A DNA stretch of 63,203 bases, filler included, from Choristocarpus tenellus KU-1152 (taxonomy: Eukaryota > Protista > Phaeophyceae), in the NCBI GenBank assembly GCA_964200185.2. It is 10 parts of 10 records of this genome, joined end to end, with 100 filler letters (N's around TTAATTAATTAA, not from the genome) between each part and the next. Parts side by side here need not be neighbours in the genome. Positions count along the whole stretch, not along the records: positions 1 to 4,265 come from CAXNAD020015405.1; positions 4,366 to 7,348 come from CAXNAD020023164.1; positions 7,449 to 23,570 come from CAXNAD020000871.1; 7 more parts are not named here. One strand, given 5' to 3'. The notes under the pieces are model-generated. The model was not told the DNA's origin, ran no database searches, and saw nothing but the letters and a program-made list of their open reading frames with translations. Positions within the stretch are counted from its first letter, which is position 1. Each line of letters begins with the position of its first letter. Positions 1 through 12,800 of the stretch are shown here, piece after piece. A program made the position numbers and the translations under genes.

Positions 1-209
1 AAAGAAATAGTGGGAAATGGACGGCGAATAAGAGGGAGAAGCACTGTTGACAACAAAAACAACACCGGAAAAAGAGGGGGGGGGGGGGTGGAGAAAAGAG
101 GAAGCGCAGACAATAATCACTGTGTGCTTGTAGCTGTCGGTGTTCGCAGTGATAGTGGTACCAGCTGTAGTACTGGTGTGTAAGTAGTAGTAGTAGTAAT
201 AGTAGTCGT

Positions 210-467
210 GAGCCAAACCAATTGGGAGGTGGGCAGATTTGGACCCTTCCGCATTCTTAGCCACCTTTCTTACCCTGTGCAATGCATCCTATTCCACTTT
301 ATGTGTACAATAATAGTGTGTGCAAAATTGATATCCTCCCTTTCATCCACAAAGTGATACCACATTTTGACTAAGAAAGGCTCTCTAATTCTACAAAATA
401 GCGTCCGTTTGACCCTTCTCGTGATCCTTCGGATGCAGCCCTGCCTACCTCTCAAATGGTTTGTCTC
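210..467. mobile_element. MITE family B (TIR ~GAGCCAAACCAATTGAGAGGT)
   Basis: Terminal inverted repeats gagccaaaccaattgggaggt / acctctcaaatggtttgtctc. A colinear, diverged copy lies at ~37681-37937 on another contig. Confidence 0.75.
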
Positions 468-1955
468 AGTAGTACACCAAACAACATGCGTTCACACACA
501 ACCTTTGGGATCATGACAAAACAAACAAAACAGGTATCATTATCGCCACTGAGCGCTGTCAGTACACACCTTAAATTCCAACAGAGTATGTACACGCCAC
601 ACAACAAGGCGCTAGATTACGTCCAATTCCAACAAGCTCCCCAATAACGAGAAGGTATACCATGCATGAGAAAAAATCAAATTAGTTATTTTCTCTCACA
701 GAACTGAACGGACAAAAGTATTACATTTCTAGGAAATTTCACTCCAGTTTTCAATTAACGACTCTGAAATAAAAGACATTTTGTGTTACATGTAGGGTAT
801 TTATAGGTCTGTTGACTATTTTGGAGCAAAACAGGATGAAGGATCAGTCAGTGAGAAAGCTTATTTAATGAAACAACATTCCCATTAGACTAGCCCATTG
901 TCATGTAATCAAGAATCGCCCAAATATTTCCCCCGTTAAAACAGGGCCTTGTTTGACCAAGAATGTCTTTAATAATTTCCTCCATCAGGAACATCTGTCG
1001 GATAAACCTCAGGATCACAACCACACCATCGACATTGGTTTGTACTACAGACTCAAGCTTCTCATGTCGCACCTGGTAAAACATATGGCAGCAGAAAAAG
1101 ATCTGTATAAAGCAAGAGGTGCTGCATACTTTCTTACTACCTCGCTCTAGAGACGAATAAACTCCACATGCTGTGCGCATAGCTCTCTACACCCACTTGT
1201 AGGGAGTGAAATAGTGCATGCGTTACACATAGATAATGGTTGCTAAAGGAAGGTCCTCGTGTATGTGTATATCATTTTATGCCTCTTGACCTGACCTTTC
1301 AGTGTGCTCCTACCTCTTTACTTATCAACTATTTGTGGATTAATCAGTTTTTGGAGCAATGTATGACTGTCTTCATGGGCATTGTGAAGCCTGATCACCA
1401 TCACAGGGCGGTTTGAGGTTCTCCCACAAGTATCCGCATGAAATGTGATCAAAGTTATGTTCGCCAATGGACTATGAATAGCTCAATACAATACAGTGTG
1501 CGATACAAGGGACATTCACGGACCCTTCAACATCAAAAAGGAATCGTGATGTGCACCTTACGCTCAACACACTTTTATTTTCTCTTTTTGCATATACAAC
1601 TCTACACGCAACACACTATAATAATGGTCAACAACTTCACAGGAGACAGATACTTCAAGCACACTTTTCTACAAAGTGTCTTACAGCACTAGAGTATAGA
1701 AGTAGACTCGCATCACCATTCATTGCATAGTCTACTTGCACCCCTCTTCCACAAGAAGATTGGCAATCTACAATCAACCTAAAATACTTCCAGCGTGCAC
1801 CACAGGCTCAAAACAGAGAGTAGAAGAAGTACCGATCTTATCTACAATCTAGTCCTTCAAGCAATTCACAAACACAGTTCAAGCTGCAATGATAGGCTTT
1901 ACTCAGAATTAATTGGCAATGCCCTTTACCACCGAAACTAAGTAACCTTTTTGCT

Positions 1956-4200
1956 CTACTTTGCCTTCTTTCCCCTGACTCGACCTTTATTTCTTTGCTG
2001 ATCTCTGCCCATGGTACCGGTGGGTACCTCTCCTTTTGTACCAGTCTCCCGTTCGTGAGAGATGAAGAAGTGCTCCGCCAGCTCAATCAAGGAAAGGTCA
2101 TCCGACATGAGCCCTCCCTCCCTATCCAACAACCCCCCATCCAAGTCAGTCATAGTCACCAAGGCCCCACCATATTCCAAAGTCGATAGAGATTGGGGGC
2201 ACACAGGTTGGGCTGGCTCACGGTGGAGTTCTTGGAGGCTGCATGCCTGTCGACGCTGTGTTTGCCATGCCCCCTCATCTGCACTCTCGGCCAAACATGC
2301 TGTCTGCAAGATTTTCCAGTGGTTAGGGAAAAATAACCACGCTTTTGATACCTGGCCATCTTCTGATGGCAAGCACACTCCTCCTCCACCACCCACTGTT
2401 GTCACCTCAGCCCCAACCCCCATTGCTTCTGCCCTGCTGTTGTCAAATTTGATCTCTTTACCCCCAGTACTAACAGTAGTATCCCCTGTGCTCCCCCGCC
2501 TTTGCCCCCTTTCTCCTTCAACACCTCCCAGCACTGTTGCTTCCTTCTGACCTGCAGTGGACCTTCCCTGGTTCCCATAACGATATAACGACCCCAACAA
2601 GGCGAGCTTGAGCCATGAATAGAACAAGCGGCTCACAACCCTATCAGACTGTAGTACCAGCACGAAGCTGTTTGTGTCTGGAGGTACCCATGACCCAAGA
2701 GCTACAGCCACCGTGTCTCTTCGCCCACCCTCTCCATATGCCTGAGCCCGAAGGGGCTTGTGAACCTTCTTGGGCCCATGCTCCCACTGGAAATCTTCTG
2801 CCACCTTAGTCCCCTCTCCCACTGCATCCATGGTAACCACTGTCAAGCCCACCTCATCCCCCAGGTACTCTGCCAGTTCTAGACTCTTTAGCAAAGCTGA
2901 GAGCTGTACTACGCTGTGCCCACCAGTCCCTAATTCCCCACGTCCCTGCAACCGTTCCCCTACACTTCGCTCATCATGTACCACCAGGATCATCACCCGG
3001 GGTGTGTGCCAAAACACAAACGACTCTGGGGCTAGGCTCCGGAGCCAGGCTGCTGCCCCAGCTCCCCCTGCAGGTGGAAGTTGGATGTGGGGTACCTTAT
3101 GGTGGTAAAGGCTGGATGCTGCAAGAGCCTTACCGACCACATCATGTGAAACCGCCTTCTTAACAGTCACCACAGCAAGTGGGCGCAAGGTCTCAACTAC
3201 CCCCACAAGACCTGCCACGAGTTCCCCCACCAGCTCAGGAGTATTGAGTACCTCAGTCTGACTGCCCACCACCTTCCTCCCTTCACAGTCCCCTCCCCCC
3301 TGATCACCGATACGGAAGTGCCTGCCCACCATAAGGTTCCATGCACCCCCAAGGAGGTTGGCGTCACATAGGTCTGCTGCAGTTGCCATCACAGCAGCAT
3401 TAGTCATATCATCTCCTCTCACACTGTGCACACCCAGGGCTCTTGCAACCTCGGGGCACCCAACATCCTCATCTCTCCCAGTCAGTACAAGTCGGGCAGG
3501 GCGGTGGTCACTGGAAGCTCGGAATGTCTCCAGGGCAAGGAATAGGGGCCCCAGAGTCACCGCATCAGCCATGGAGTCCACCAAGAAGACCACTGGGGCC
3601 GGACGCCAAGCGTACTGGGGGGTGAGGAAGTATTCCCCTCCACGCTTGAGGAGACGATGCCATAGGCTGTCCCGTACCAGTACCATGCTATGGGTAGTGG
3701 TCCCACCAGCGCCCTTGTGGGGATGTGGTGCATTTTGAGGGGTAACACATAAAAAGGTTGTTGGTTGGGGTTTGGCCACACATCTGATGTATATGCAATC
3801 ATCTGGAGTGTGTTGGAGTGCGAGGGATTCTGGGGGTGGCGGTGGCGGTGGTGGTGCTCTTCAACATCACATGAAAGGGAAGGAAAAGGGTTGAACGGAT
3901 AAGTAGTTTGTTCATGCTTCACAAATTGTGTCTACAAAATCTCATGCAAATTTAGGACCCACCATACACAGGCAGTAGTGGTTTACACAATCCCATAGAG
4001 GCTTTTAACCCTTTCCTCATCTTTTCTCAGACTCAATTGAGGCACAAATGTGCCTTCCATCTGCCATTCACTCTCACCTGGTCCTGCATTTTCCAGTGTA
4101 CATCAGTATTGCCCCAGGTTTCACTGTCCCTCATGTCCATGGGCATCACAAACGATCGAATACCAGCATACTTCCTAAGTGAGTATGCAAGCATGTAGTC
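1956..4200 (-). CDS. Glycosyltransferase of the plant At5g60700-like (GT2-annotated) family, 3' part; exons 4200-4078 and 3713-1956
   Basis: Exon 4200-4078 (aag|GAC...CAG|gtgaga) reads DYMLAYSLRKYAGIRSFVMPMDMRDSETWG and splices in phase 0 to aag|GGC at 3713. The terminal exon contains VRDSLW, LLKSLELAEYLGDE, FQWEHGPK and SRLFYSWLKLALL. These match recalled plant family motifs (LSYQLQKY..SFVLP..ETWG; VRDDQW; LLKSLSNAYYLGDE; FDWPHGPK; SPYYYLWIKYALL). The 5' end is beyond the gap. Confidence 0.8.
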
Positions 4201-4265
4201 CTTTGGAAGGAGAGGCAAGGGGGGGGGGGGGGGGCAGGGGGGGGGGCGGGAAACTTGAATTTGGT

Positions 4266-4365
4266 NNNNNNNNNNNNNNNNNNNNNNNNNNNNNNNNNNN
4301 NNNNNNNNNTTAATTAATTAANNNNNNNNNNNNNNNNNNNNNNNNNNNNNNNNNNNNNNNNNNNN
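4266..4365. other. Artificial contig linker (44N-TTAATTAATTAA-44N); also at 7349-7448, 23571-23670, 27794-27893, 34737-34836, 39073-39172, 42916-43015, 53196-53295, 57990-58089
   Basis: Nine identical 100-bp spacers. TTAATTAATTAA gives stops in all six frames, a standard concatenation linker. Confidence 0.98.
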
Positions 4366-4393
4366 GAGGGGGGTGACCCAAATGAGGTAAACA

Positions 4394-4428
<35 letters not shown>

Positions 4429-4440
4429 ATTGCAGCTCAC

Positions 4441-5869
4441 CTTGTCAGGTTTTATCCCCTTGGAAGGCATCTCATCAAGAAGAGCCCTTGCAGAAGAAGA
4501 AAAAACGTGTTGTGTGGGTTAGTGTAAGGGTTAGGACAAACTCTAGGGACAACAGGGTTATGTTTCGACTGACTTTTAATCAAAGCGACGTGTGCAATAC
4601 AAGTAGCAGAGTTTTGAAATGTCTGAGAGACAGAACCTGCTACACCAAAGACACTACAGTATCACTATCATTTATACTTCAAAAACTCTACCCCCTAACT
4701 CATCTTCCTAGAAGAGTTCATCAAAGCAACTTAATCCCATACCTGGATCTTAGCACATGAATTCCAAACCCCCCTCTTCCTGTACTCAAAACTTTAAATA
4801 AAAACACTAAATCTACCTAACTAATCCTTATATGACCTGCTGTAACTAATAACCCTCATTCTCGGGAGACATCCATTCTATGCCAGAGATGTGTGCTTCT
4901 TCTGCCAATACAATATATCGCTGCCTACAAATTAAAATTATTAATATAAAAAAAGATCAACCTGGCTTTCAACCCAACAAATTAACACCCTCTCGGTACT
5001 CATATCCATCCACAACAGTGCAACCCTAACCCTAACCCTAACCCTAACCCTAACCCTAACCCTAACACTGCCAATTGTGTCAAAAGAGACAGACACAGTA
5101 GTACACCAACACACTCGTAGAACATCCTCTCCTCTTAACAATACTAAAAAAGGTCGCCAGGGTAGTGCCAACAGTTAACCCACAACAGAGTGCTTCAAAG
5201 TACCTCAAGTAGTTCATCAGAACTCATTCACATCACAACGGGCCAATCAGATGCCTTTTTGCTCCATGACCAAACCCCCAGACACTCTCATTTCGTGTTT
5301 TCAACACCACTGCACTTTAGTTGGCAGTTCTTCATGGCTACGCAAGAAAGCATTCAAGATACACCCCACAAATCATTACCTACTATACCCAGATAACCCG
5401 ACTTAAAATGAACACTCTCCAACCTCCAACTGTACAGCCAGCAGAAATCAGTCATTTTCCAGATTTAGGTCACTAGAGTAGAGTCTGTACCCAAAAAAAG
5501 ACCCTACTTGAACAGCTCGAACCAGTCCCTCCCCTCCCCTCCCCTCCCCCCCCCCACCCCCCCAAAAAAGTCAAGTAAATGACGTACTTGGCTTCTTTGG
5601 GTCGCCCTGCCCTTGACAGTGCAGACATGGCTGAGTTGTACGATACCACATCTGGGGTTACGCCATGAGAGGCCTCCATACTCCTCAGCAGCGACAAGGC
5701 TCCATCGGGGTCTCCCCCCCTGCCGCAGGCGTCTATACCAGCATTGATTGCAACTCGGTTCGGCGTTACGCCTTCCTGCTCCATGTCCGACAGGAGCTTC
5801 AGGGCCGACAAAGAGTCTCCCCCCCTTCCGCAGGCGGTGATCGCTGAAGCGTAGCACTGGAGATTGGGA
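4441..5869 (-). CDS. Pentatricopeptide repeat (PPR) protein, internal exons 5869-5588 and 4486-4441
   Basis: PNLQCYASAITACGRGG..ALKLLSDMEQEGVTPNRVAINAGIDACGRGG..GVTPDVVSYNSAMSALSRAGRPKEAK|ALLDEMPSKGIKPDK gives about three 35-aa PPR motifs. GT-AG sites are in compatible phase (2/2). Confidence 0.9.
5024..5065. repeat. Interstitial telomeric array (CCCTAA)7
   Basis: Seven perfect CCCTAA units inside the PPR intron. Confidence 0.9.
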
Positions 5870-6530
5870 CTTTTGATTTCCAGTTCCGGAGGGGAGGGGA
5901 GGGGAGGGGCACACAGGAACATTCCACATAGGTGTGAACAGGTCCATGGCAGAGAGGGGGGAAGGGCACCAGGCGAGGTGAAAGACACAGGGGAGGTGAA
6001 CCCGTTTGAGGTGTGAGCTATAGGGAGGGATGCAAATAAGACACAAACATGCACTGACCACTTAAATAAGAAAGAAAAAAAAAGGGAGGGGGTGATAGGT
6101 TGGCATCACAGAATAAGGCATGCTCAGTAAGCTATCATTATGACCTAAGTTCAGTTTCTTCATACTTACACCATACCACCTACTAAATCACATAGCACAC
6201 ACTTTATCTACACCCCTTGCAATGGCTACATAACTACAGCCCTACACACTGTATCGTGTTTATCAAAGGGTGGCATCAGAGGTACAACCAACAACAGAGC
6301 ACCTGTTCTCAACAGCAAGAGAGGACTAGGGTCATTCCTATTGTTCCACTGACTAAAAAACCAAATAGAATTAATGTGATGTCCTCCCATCAGTCAACAG
6401 AGAGTGAGTCAGTGGACTCATCCTGCTGGCTTGTCTATCAAATAATCGAGACTACAACGAGAGCATTTAATGGCCATGGAGTCAGTCTATCCAGATTCTT
6501 GTCTAAGTGAGCTTGCCCTGGATAATCAAT

Positions 6531-6789
6531 GAGTCAAAGCATCTTAAAGGGCAGGGCTGTGTCCATTTAGGGGTCAAACTCCATTGTTGCGATTTTGATG
6601 TAATCTTGGCTATCATATTTGTTATGAAGTGTCAATATCCTTGTTCCAGACACACCTTTTCATAACGTGTACATTTTACCTACTCCAAAACATTTTGGAG
6701 TAGGAAAATGTCTTAAAAAACCCTATGGGAAGCCAAGCCTCAAATGGACAAACAGGGCAAAAATCGTACCGTCTAAGATACTTTCACCC
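6531..6789. mobile_element. MITE family A (TIR ~GRSTSAAAGTATCTKRGGGG), full copy with AAT TSD
   Basis: Ends gagtcaaagcatcttaaagggg / ccgtctaagatactttcaccc, flanked by aat on both sides. The internal sequence recurs at ~25145-25358, 27700-27793 (inverted) and ~30845-31106. Confidence 0.8.
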
Positions 6790-7154
6790 AATATGGGGTG
6801 TATCACAACTGGCATGGCTTATTGACACAGTACATACCTTCAGCAAAAGGACCCAATCACAAAACATGATTGACTAATTGATGTTGTCACATTTTCCATC
6901 TTTGAAATGTGCCAGGCATGACCATACTCCATTCCTCTCGTCATAATAACGCTCTCTCTCTCTCTCTATCTCTCATTAAATTGCGATACTTTTTCCAATA
7001 CAAAAATAATATGAAAAGTTGAATTCTATACTTCATCTAATTCTTTAAAAAATGTTTCAAAATTTCCATTCATTTCTTCAGCTAATCCCATCATACCACA
7101 AACCAGTAGCAGTAACGACCCATTCAGACCGAACTGTCTCCAAAGTGTGAGAAC

Positions 7155-7348
7155 AGCCAATCAGCTGTCAAGAGAGTTGTGCATGGGGAACTCTATCAAG
7201 CCAATCAGCTGTCAAGAGAGGTGTGCATGGGGAACTCTATCAAGCCAATCAGCTGTCAAGAGAGGTGTGCATGGGGAACTCTATCAAGCCAATCAGCTGT
7301 CAAGAGAGGTGTGCATGGGGAACTCTATCAAGCCAATCAGCTGTCAAG
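7155..7348. repeat. 44-bp minisatellite, at least 4.4 near-perfect copies, truncated by the gap
   Basis: Unit agccaatcagctgtcaagagaggtgtgcatggggaactctatca repeated head-to-tail with no spacers. Confidence 0.95.
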
Positions 7349-7448
7349 NNNNNNNNNNNNNNNNNNNNNNNNNNNNNNNNNNNNNNNNNNNNTTAATTAA
7401 TTAANNNNNNNNNNNNNNNNNNNNNNNNNNNNNNNNNNNNNNNNNNNN

Positions 7449-7516
7449 AAAAATCGCGATATGAAAAAATTGACCCCAAATGGACAGCCGCCACCCCCTC
7501 CCAGATACTTTGAGCC
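7449..7516. mobile_element. MITE family A end (truncated by gap)
   Basis: aaatggacagccgccaccccctcccagatactttgagcc, the same end as 25363-25406 and 47597-47634. Confidence 0.75.
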
Positions 7517-9814
7517 TTGTGTATAGGGCAAGCTCATACAATATGCAGCTATGGTCACGATAAAGCGCCAACAATAGACAAGCTAGATAATGGAACAGCT
7601 TTGGTGATTCCTTGGGGGCATGCACATATTTGTGCGAAAAACAAGACACTTCTCTCCCTCCAGTTGATCCAACAGTCAGTTCAACAATGTGTTACATGGC
7701 ATGACCCCTGGTTACATAGACTTCAACAACAGATTTTCAGTGTTGTGAGAGGAGGATGATTATTTTCGGTAAGCTAGCAAATCAAACTTCTGTTTCCCGT
7801 CTTGCCATCTGGAATGTGGCCAACCACAAGATCAACTCATATGAACAAGCCCCACATGATGTGGTTCACAAGCATGCTCTCCCTTTTCAACTGTTTTCGC
7901 CGAGCAGTGCTCCTTCCGAGATATCTTACTCCACCAATCCCCGACCTTTTGCTGTCCTCAACAACAATCTACGTCAGAATTCCGTCCCAATGCAGGCAGC
8001 ATCCGGGTAGGTGTACGATGCTGTCAAACACGCACGACATTATGACCCTGGCACAGTTTTCCAATAACCCATGCACAAGCAATGCATGGAAAAAACTCGA
8101 CTAGAACCATAGTTTCCAGGACTATTCAAGGACAGAGTTAGATGGCACAAGTAGATATGACATGGAATTATTGTTTACAGCTATACTCATGCTCTCTTTT
8201 TGCGAGAAGCTGAGGCGGACTAATCTGAGGGTCGACCCAAGGCACACACGCGATGCGGCTTTCTTACTTGAACCTGGCAAAGCGAAGAAACAACGGGATC
8301 AAGCTTGCAAAACAACTCCTCCATTTTGTTATTCCCACTCTTCACTACCTTCTAATAAGGCGAGTTAATTCACAGAGTCACACCATTTGTTTCCTCTCCA
8401 CAAACCTAACGAAGCATATGGTTCGACCCAGTAATTTTCTATATAAACAAGATTTCTTATAGAGTTATTTCCCCCTTTGAAGCCTGATCAAGCACATCAA
8501 TATTCGATCCTAGAAGGCATTGCTAGATCATCCCTTTCCAGATTCCAAAACAACTGAAGGGCAGATATGACAAGATGATGACCAAGCATCAGGAGTTTCC
8601 GTCTGTCTTTCGGTATCTCTGTTGCCGATGAATATTTGCACCGCGACCATAATCCTTTGAAGTTAAGTCATCCCAGTATCCAATCTATCTGCTCTGTTCG
8701 CCCTGTAGAGCTGTGGTCCCTCTTCAGTCTCTACCTCTTGTAATACAACACCAAGGACAAAAGGAAACTGAGGAGTAACGGGTGAGCGAACATTTCCCCG
8801 TTAAAAAAACAAAAAAATAGGTACGAACGTGAAATTGGGTGGAGGGGCAAAGTTTGCGGTTGTGCAAGGACTCCGAGCCACCTTAACAGTTCAGCAGCAG
8901 CGGAGCAGGAGTGAACCTGTGCCACCTGGCAGCTAGGTTCTACATCAGGTGAGAAAAGTGAAGCCCTAAGTGGACTGATGGTGTTGTTGTCGACGGACTT
9001 TGTGAAGAGGGAAGAGGAGATTAAAGAGATGGAGAGGGTTCGATTGGACACGATCATGGATGGTCTTCTGTAGGTTGGGTGATGGATCCTGGTTTAATTT
9101 TTCTCGGTGATTGCGATCGCAGACTAGGACATACAGGTGGAAACTGACTTGTTCAGCCTATCGGACATGACAAGGTGTCTTTCTTTTACTCTGCCTTAAC
9201 CTGAAGTGGTCTCGCACACGGACCTTTGCCTCCTCACAACTAACTCCCTGTGAGTTATTGCGATCTGGTAATGACCGGGAAGTTGACCCAGGAACCTTAG
9301 TGAATTTTTTTGAGTTGTCTTTATGTAGGTCGAGATTGCGGTGCATAATATCCCTTGATGGCCATGTTCATTGGCCACAACATCAACACTTCACTCGGGG
9401 ATGGCCCTGGGTTACTCTCCCTCCCATGTATTGCGATGAGAAGTGTTGTTGCTTTACATTTCTTCAAAGTTATCCTTCACTGAGCAATTAATCAGGACGC
9501 GCATGAGTGAAAGGAAACCGTATAAACTTTGACAACAGTAGAGGTCGAGGGAAGGTTGGGAGTGGTGCATTTCTACAGGTTGCTAACCCTATAAGTTCTG
9601 CGTGAGATGGTGCCGTAGTGCCTTCACTATTCCGCATCGTCACACGCAATGGAGGTTGCTCTGAGGATGTTCGACCTTGTTCTCGTTGTTGAGGCACTGA
9701 ACCTTGATTGAGCTTGTAGATCGATTCAAGGTAGTGAGATGGAAACGTGGAGTTGAGCCCTATTGCCTAGCCGACCTTGTTCTCACCTCTCCTTTCCATC
9801 CCTGACCAGTTAAT

Positions 9815-12800
9815 ATGGGTAAGGGAAAGCCGGCAGGAATCCGCGCTGGGCGCAAGCTGCGCGTACATCGCCGCAACCAGCGGTGGGCGAGCAAGGTTAG
9901 TGTTCCCAGAGGTCCTAGAATGCAGAAAAGTAGTCTTCTAGCTATTGCCAGGGATTTCTCACTGGCTTGATCACAACATTCGATCATTTCACCTTCTATT
10001 CCAATAACATATCAATGTGTTCTTTGTTTTGGCTTGGTGTTGATAGGGCTGTCGTAGATCTAATGTGTGAGTTATTGGATTTGTCAAGTCCCAGAGTTTA
10101 TCGAGCATTGGGATTATTTAGGATATTTTTGTGACAGGCATTGCCTATCAAGGTTCTCCAGCCTCTTTTTCCTTTATCATTACATTTTGTGAAGCATGCT
10201 GCAACATCCTGCCTTTCTGAGGAGATTGTGTATTGTCTTTTGCTTGGAGAAAGTGGAAAGGGCTAGACACTCCCATGCAGGGATAGAAACAACAGGAGGG
10301 GGAAGTTTGTTGAGCCTACCTGGAGTCAGAGTGGGTTGGTTTAAAAAAGGGTGTTCCAGGCTACAGCTTACCCTTGCAATACGTCAATTCTTATTTCCTA
10401 AGAATAGTGGCATTCTGATTAGTCCCTCTTCCGCCTGTTTTGCTTACCCTCATATTGTGAGGACTTCCCTTGTGTTTATTGTGATTGAATGCAGTGGAAA
10501 CACTGAGAGGACAAAAGTTCCCCTTGAGCCCTCCCTCTTTTTGTTTGGATCGTGCATAAACCTAAAGTGGTCAAACTTGCTGCTCACGATTCCAGATGTT
10601 TGACATTCTGGAATAAGATAATTAGCTTGGGCTCCATATCTCTAAGAGTCAATTTTTTATGTTGTGATTTTTGAGTGATTTGGTTGCGTACGTCTAATGG
10701 ATAATAAAAATGCACTTTTCCTGGTTTTGGTTCAAATGGACACCCTGGTGTAGACCCCCCCCCTCCCCCCAAAAAATACTTTGGGTCTGTTCACCCCTTC
10801 GCCTGATTGTGCTGAGACACTCTTGATTAACCTGTGTTTTTAATTGTGCATTAATTGATACTTACTGGGAGAGAGTTTTTTTGTGCATTGCCTGTATATT
10901 ACTGAGGTGTCATTATTTGTATTGTTATCTGATTGAACTAAAGTGAAATCAAGTCTTGAGTTGCCAATAGGGGAGTGTCTTCTTATATGAGTTTGATGAT
11001 GTTGCTTTGTTCCAGGAGGTAGTTGATCCCACTTTGCTCAGATATCAAAATAAGCAATTCAAGAAGTGTCCTCATCAATCACGTAAAATGTTGATGTTCT
11101 TGGCACTGCTGGTTGTTGTGCTCCCTTCCAAATGTTGATTTTTATCGCTGTTCCTTATCACTTGAGACATTTGCCACCAACATGTCTGGGTGTCAACAAT
11201 TTCAGACAAGCTTGCGGTGCTAAATAGATAGCTGTGGAACCTTGACCATGACCTCTTGTCTTTGCGATTTCATTGATTTACTTTCTATGTTGTGAAAAAC
11301 AGGACTACAACAAGTCCCACTCCGTGACAGCGATGAAGGCTAACCCCCTCGGTGGGTCCTCCATGGCTAAGGGCATTGTACTCGAGAAAATGTGAGGTTG
11401 GCACATGACTTTTTTTTTCGGGTTATTAAGGACTGAGAGGCGGGTAATAACTCACTTTGATATTTAATCTTCCCAGGAATGTACTCTGCCGCGTAAAGCC
11501 TTTGCTGCATTTGGTTTATTGCAGTTACTGGGGTATGGTGTTGTCCACACAATTAAAAAGGTGTTTCGAAAGGACAGCAGTGCAATTTGTGCATATCCTA
11601 GTACAGATGGCTCTATGCGAATGTTTCATAATGTTTTATGCCAGTAGATGCATATTGTAGTCCTTGTGCATTCTGTTGCCATGTTACTCATGGTAAGTCA
11701 TGTTGTTTACTAGGTTGGACTGTAACCTGTACTGTGTTTGCAAAATGGTCAGAGGTGTAAAGTGTGGTGAAAGATCAGATTCTGTGTTACTTCTCATTAT
11801 ATGATATCTTCACTGGCATTGCATGTTGACATCTTCAAATTGAAGCAGTTTGAAGCGTGTATTTTTTTTCGGGGGGGTAGCCATGCATTATATTTTTCCA
11901 TTTCACTTCTATGCCTCTCCTACGCACCCCTTTGGAAAAACATCTTCATATACTAAATCTTAGGTATTTGTTTCGAGAGGTATGGTTGTTTGATTGATGT
12001 TTTTGTTTTGTTCCTTACAAGTTGGCAGACTTAATCTGGTTATATATATATTTTGTCGATATTCAGATTTTGGACTGATACGCACTTGGCTCCTATACCA
12101 TTGAGATTAGTAGATTATTGGCAGTGCTACATTGGATTGTAGTTGATTACTGATCATGCCAAACCTCACTTTGCAGTGGGATGGGTTCTGCCATGGGTGA
12201 GGCAGGGAGGAGTTCCGTTTTGTTTTTTATTTTGTCATATTCTGTGAGTTTGAGACTAATTGGAGAGACCCTTATGAATGAAAGTATTCTACTAATATGT
12301 TTCTTGTTAAATAAATAGTCATACGCACTTTATGATGTCCCCGTTTGTGGTATACTTTTGGTTGTTGTAAGTGTATTCAAGGCAAGGAAAATGTACAAAC
12401 TCCAAGAGAAGGTTACGGCATTTTTTTAATGCCTGGACTTGATGTTACTCTGTTTTTACATGTAATCAGAAAGGCACAACAGAAGATGTGGATCGCGCTG
12501 GTTGTAAAGAGTAGTCCTTTTTCACTCAAGTACAAGACAAACTATCTAGATTATACGAAGTATGGGAACGACAGTTGCCTGTGCGTGCACTAGGTATGTA
12601 CCATACGTTAATGGTGATAAGAGTCTGTGGTTCCCTTTCTTGCTTGTCTGGAGAAACTCTTAAGGGTAACTGATTACTTTCATGTCTGGAACAATGGTAT
12701 CAATAGTGAAAGTTTTCTTGTTATCTGTTTGTGACTCTTGATGCTCTGACTTGAAAAGAAGATTCAAAGTGGAACCGTTTAATTGGAGGAGCTTGCTAGA

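Noticed and set aside
944-1150. Possible terminal exon on + (..LKLLMSHLVKHMAAEKDLYKARG..)
   Set aside because: No recognisable homology and no convincing in-phase upstream exon.
1995-3738. Several plus-strand ORFs of 60-160 aa
   Set aside because: Antisense shadows of the GC-rich glycosyltransferase exon.
3714-3803. Start of the 607-aa ORF at 3779, or a micro-exon MIAYTSD
   Set aside because: Direct splicing 4078->3713 gives spacing that matches the recalled plant homologues, so the ORF's first 22 residues are probably intronic.
4310-4321. Recurrent palindromic TTAATTAATTAA motif (9 copies) as a biological element
   Set aside because: Always centred in exactly 44+44 Ns, so it is an assembly linker. 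Gene neighbourhoods across linkers were therefore not interpreted.
7155-7348. CRISPR-like array
   Set aside because: Units are contiguous with no unique spacers, no cas genes are present, and the context is eukaryotic.
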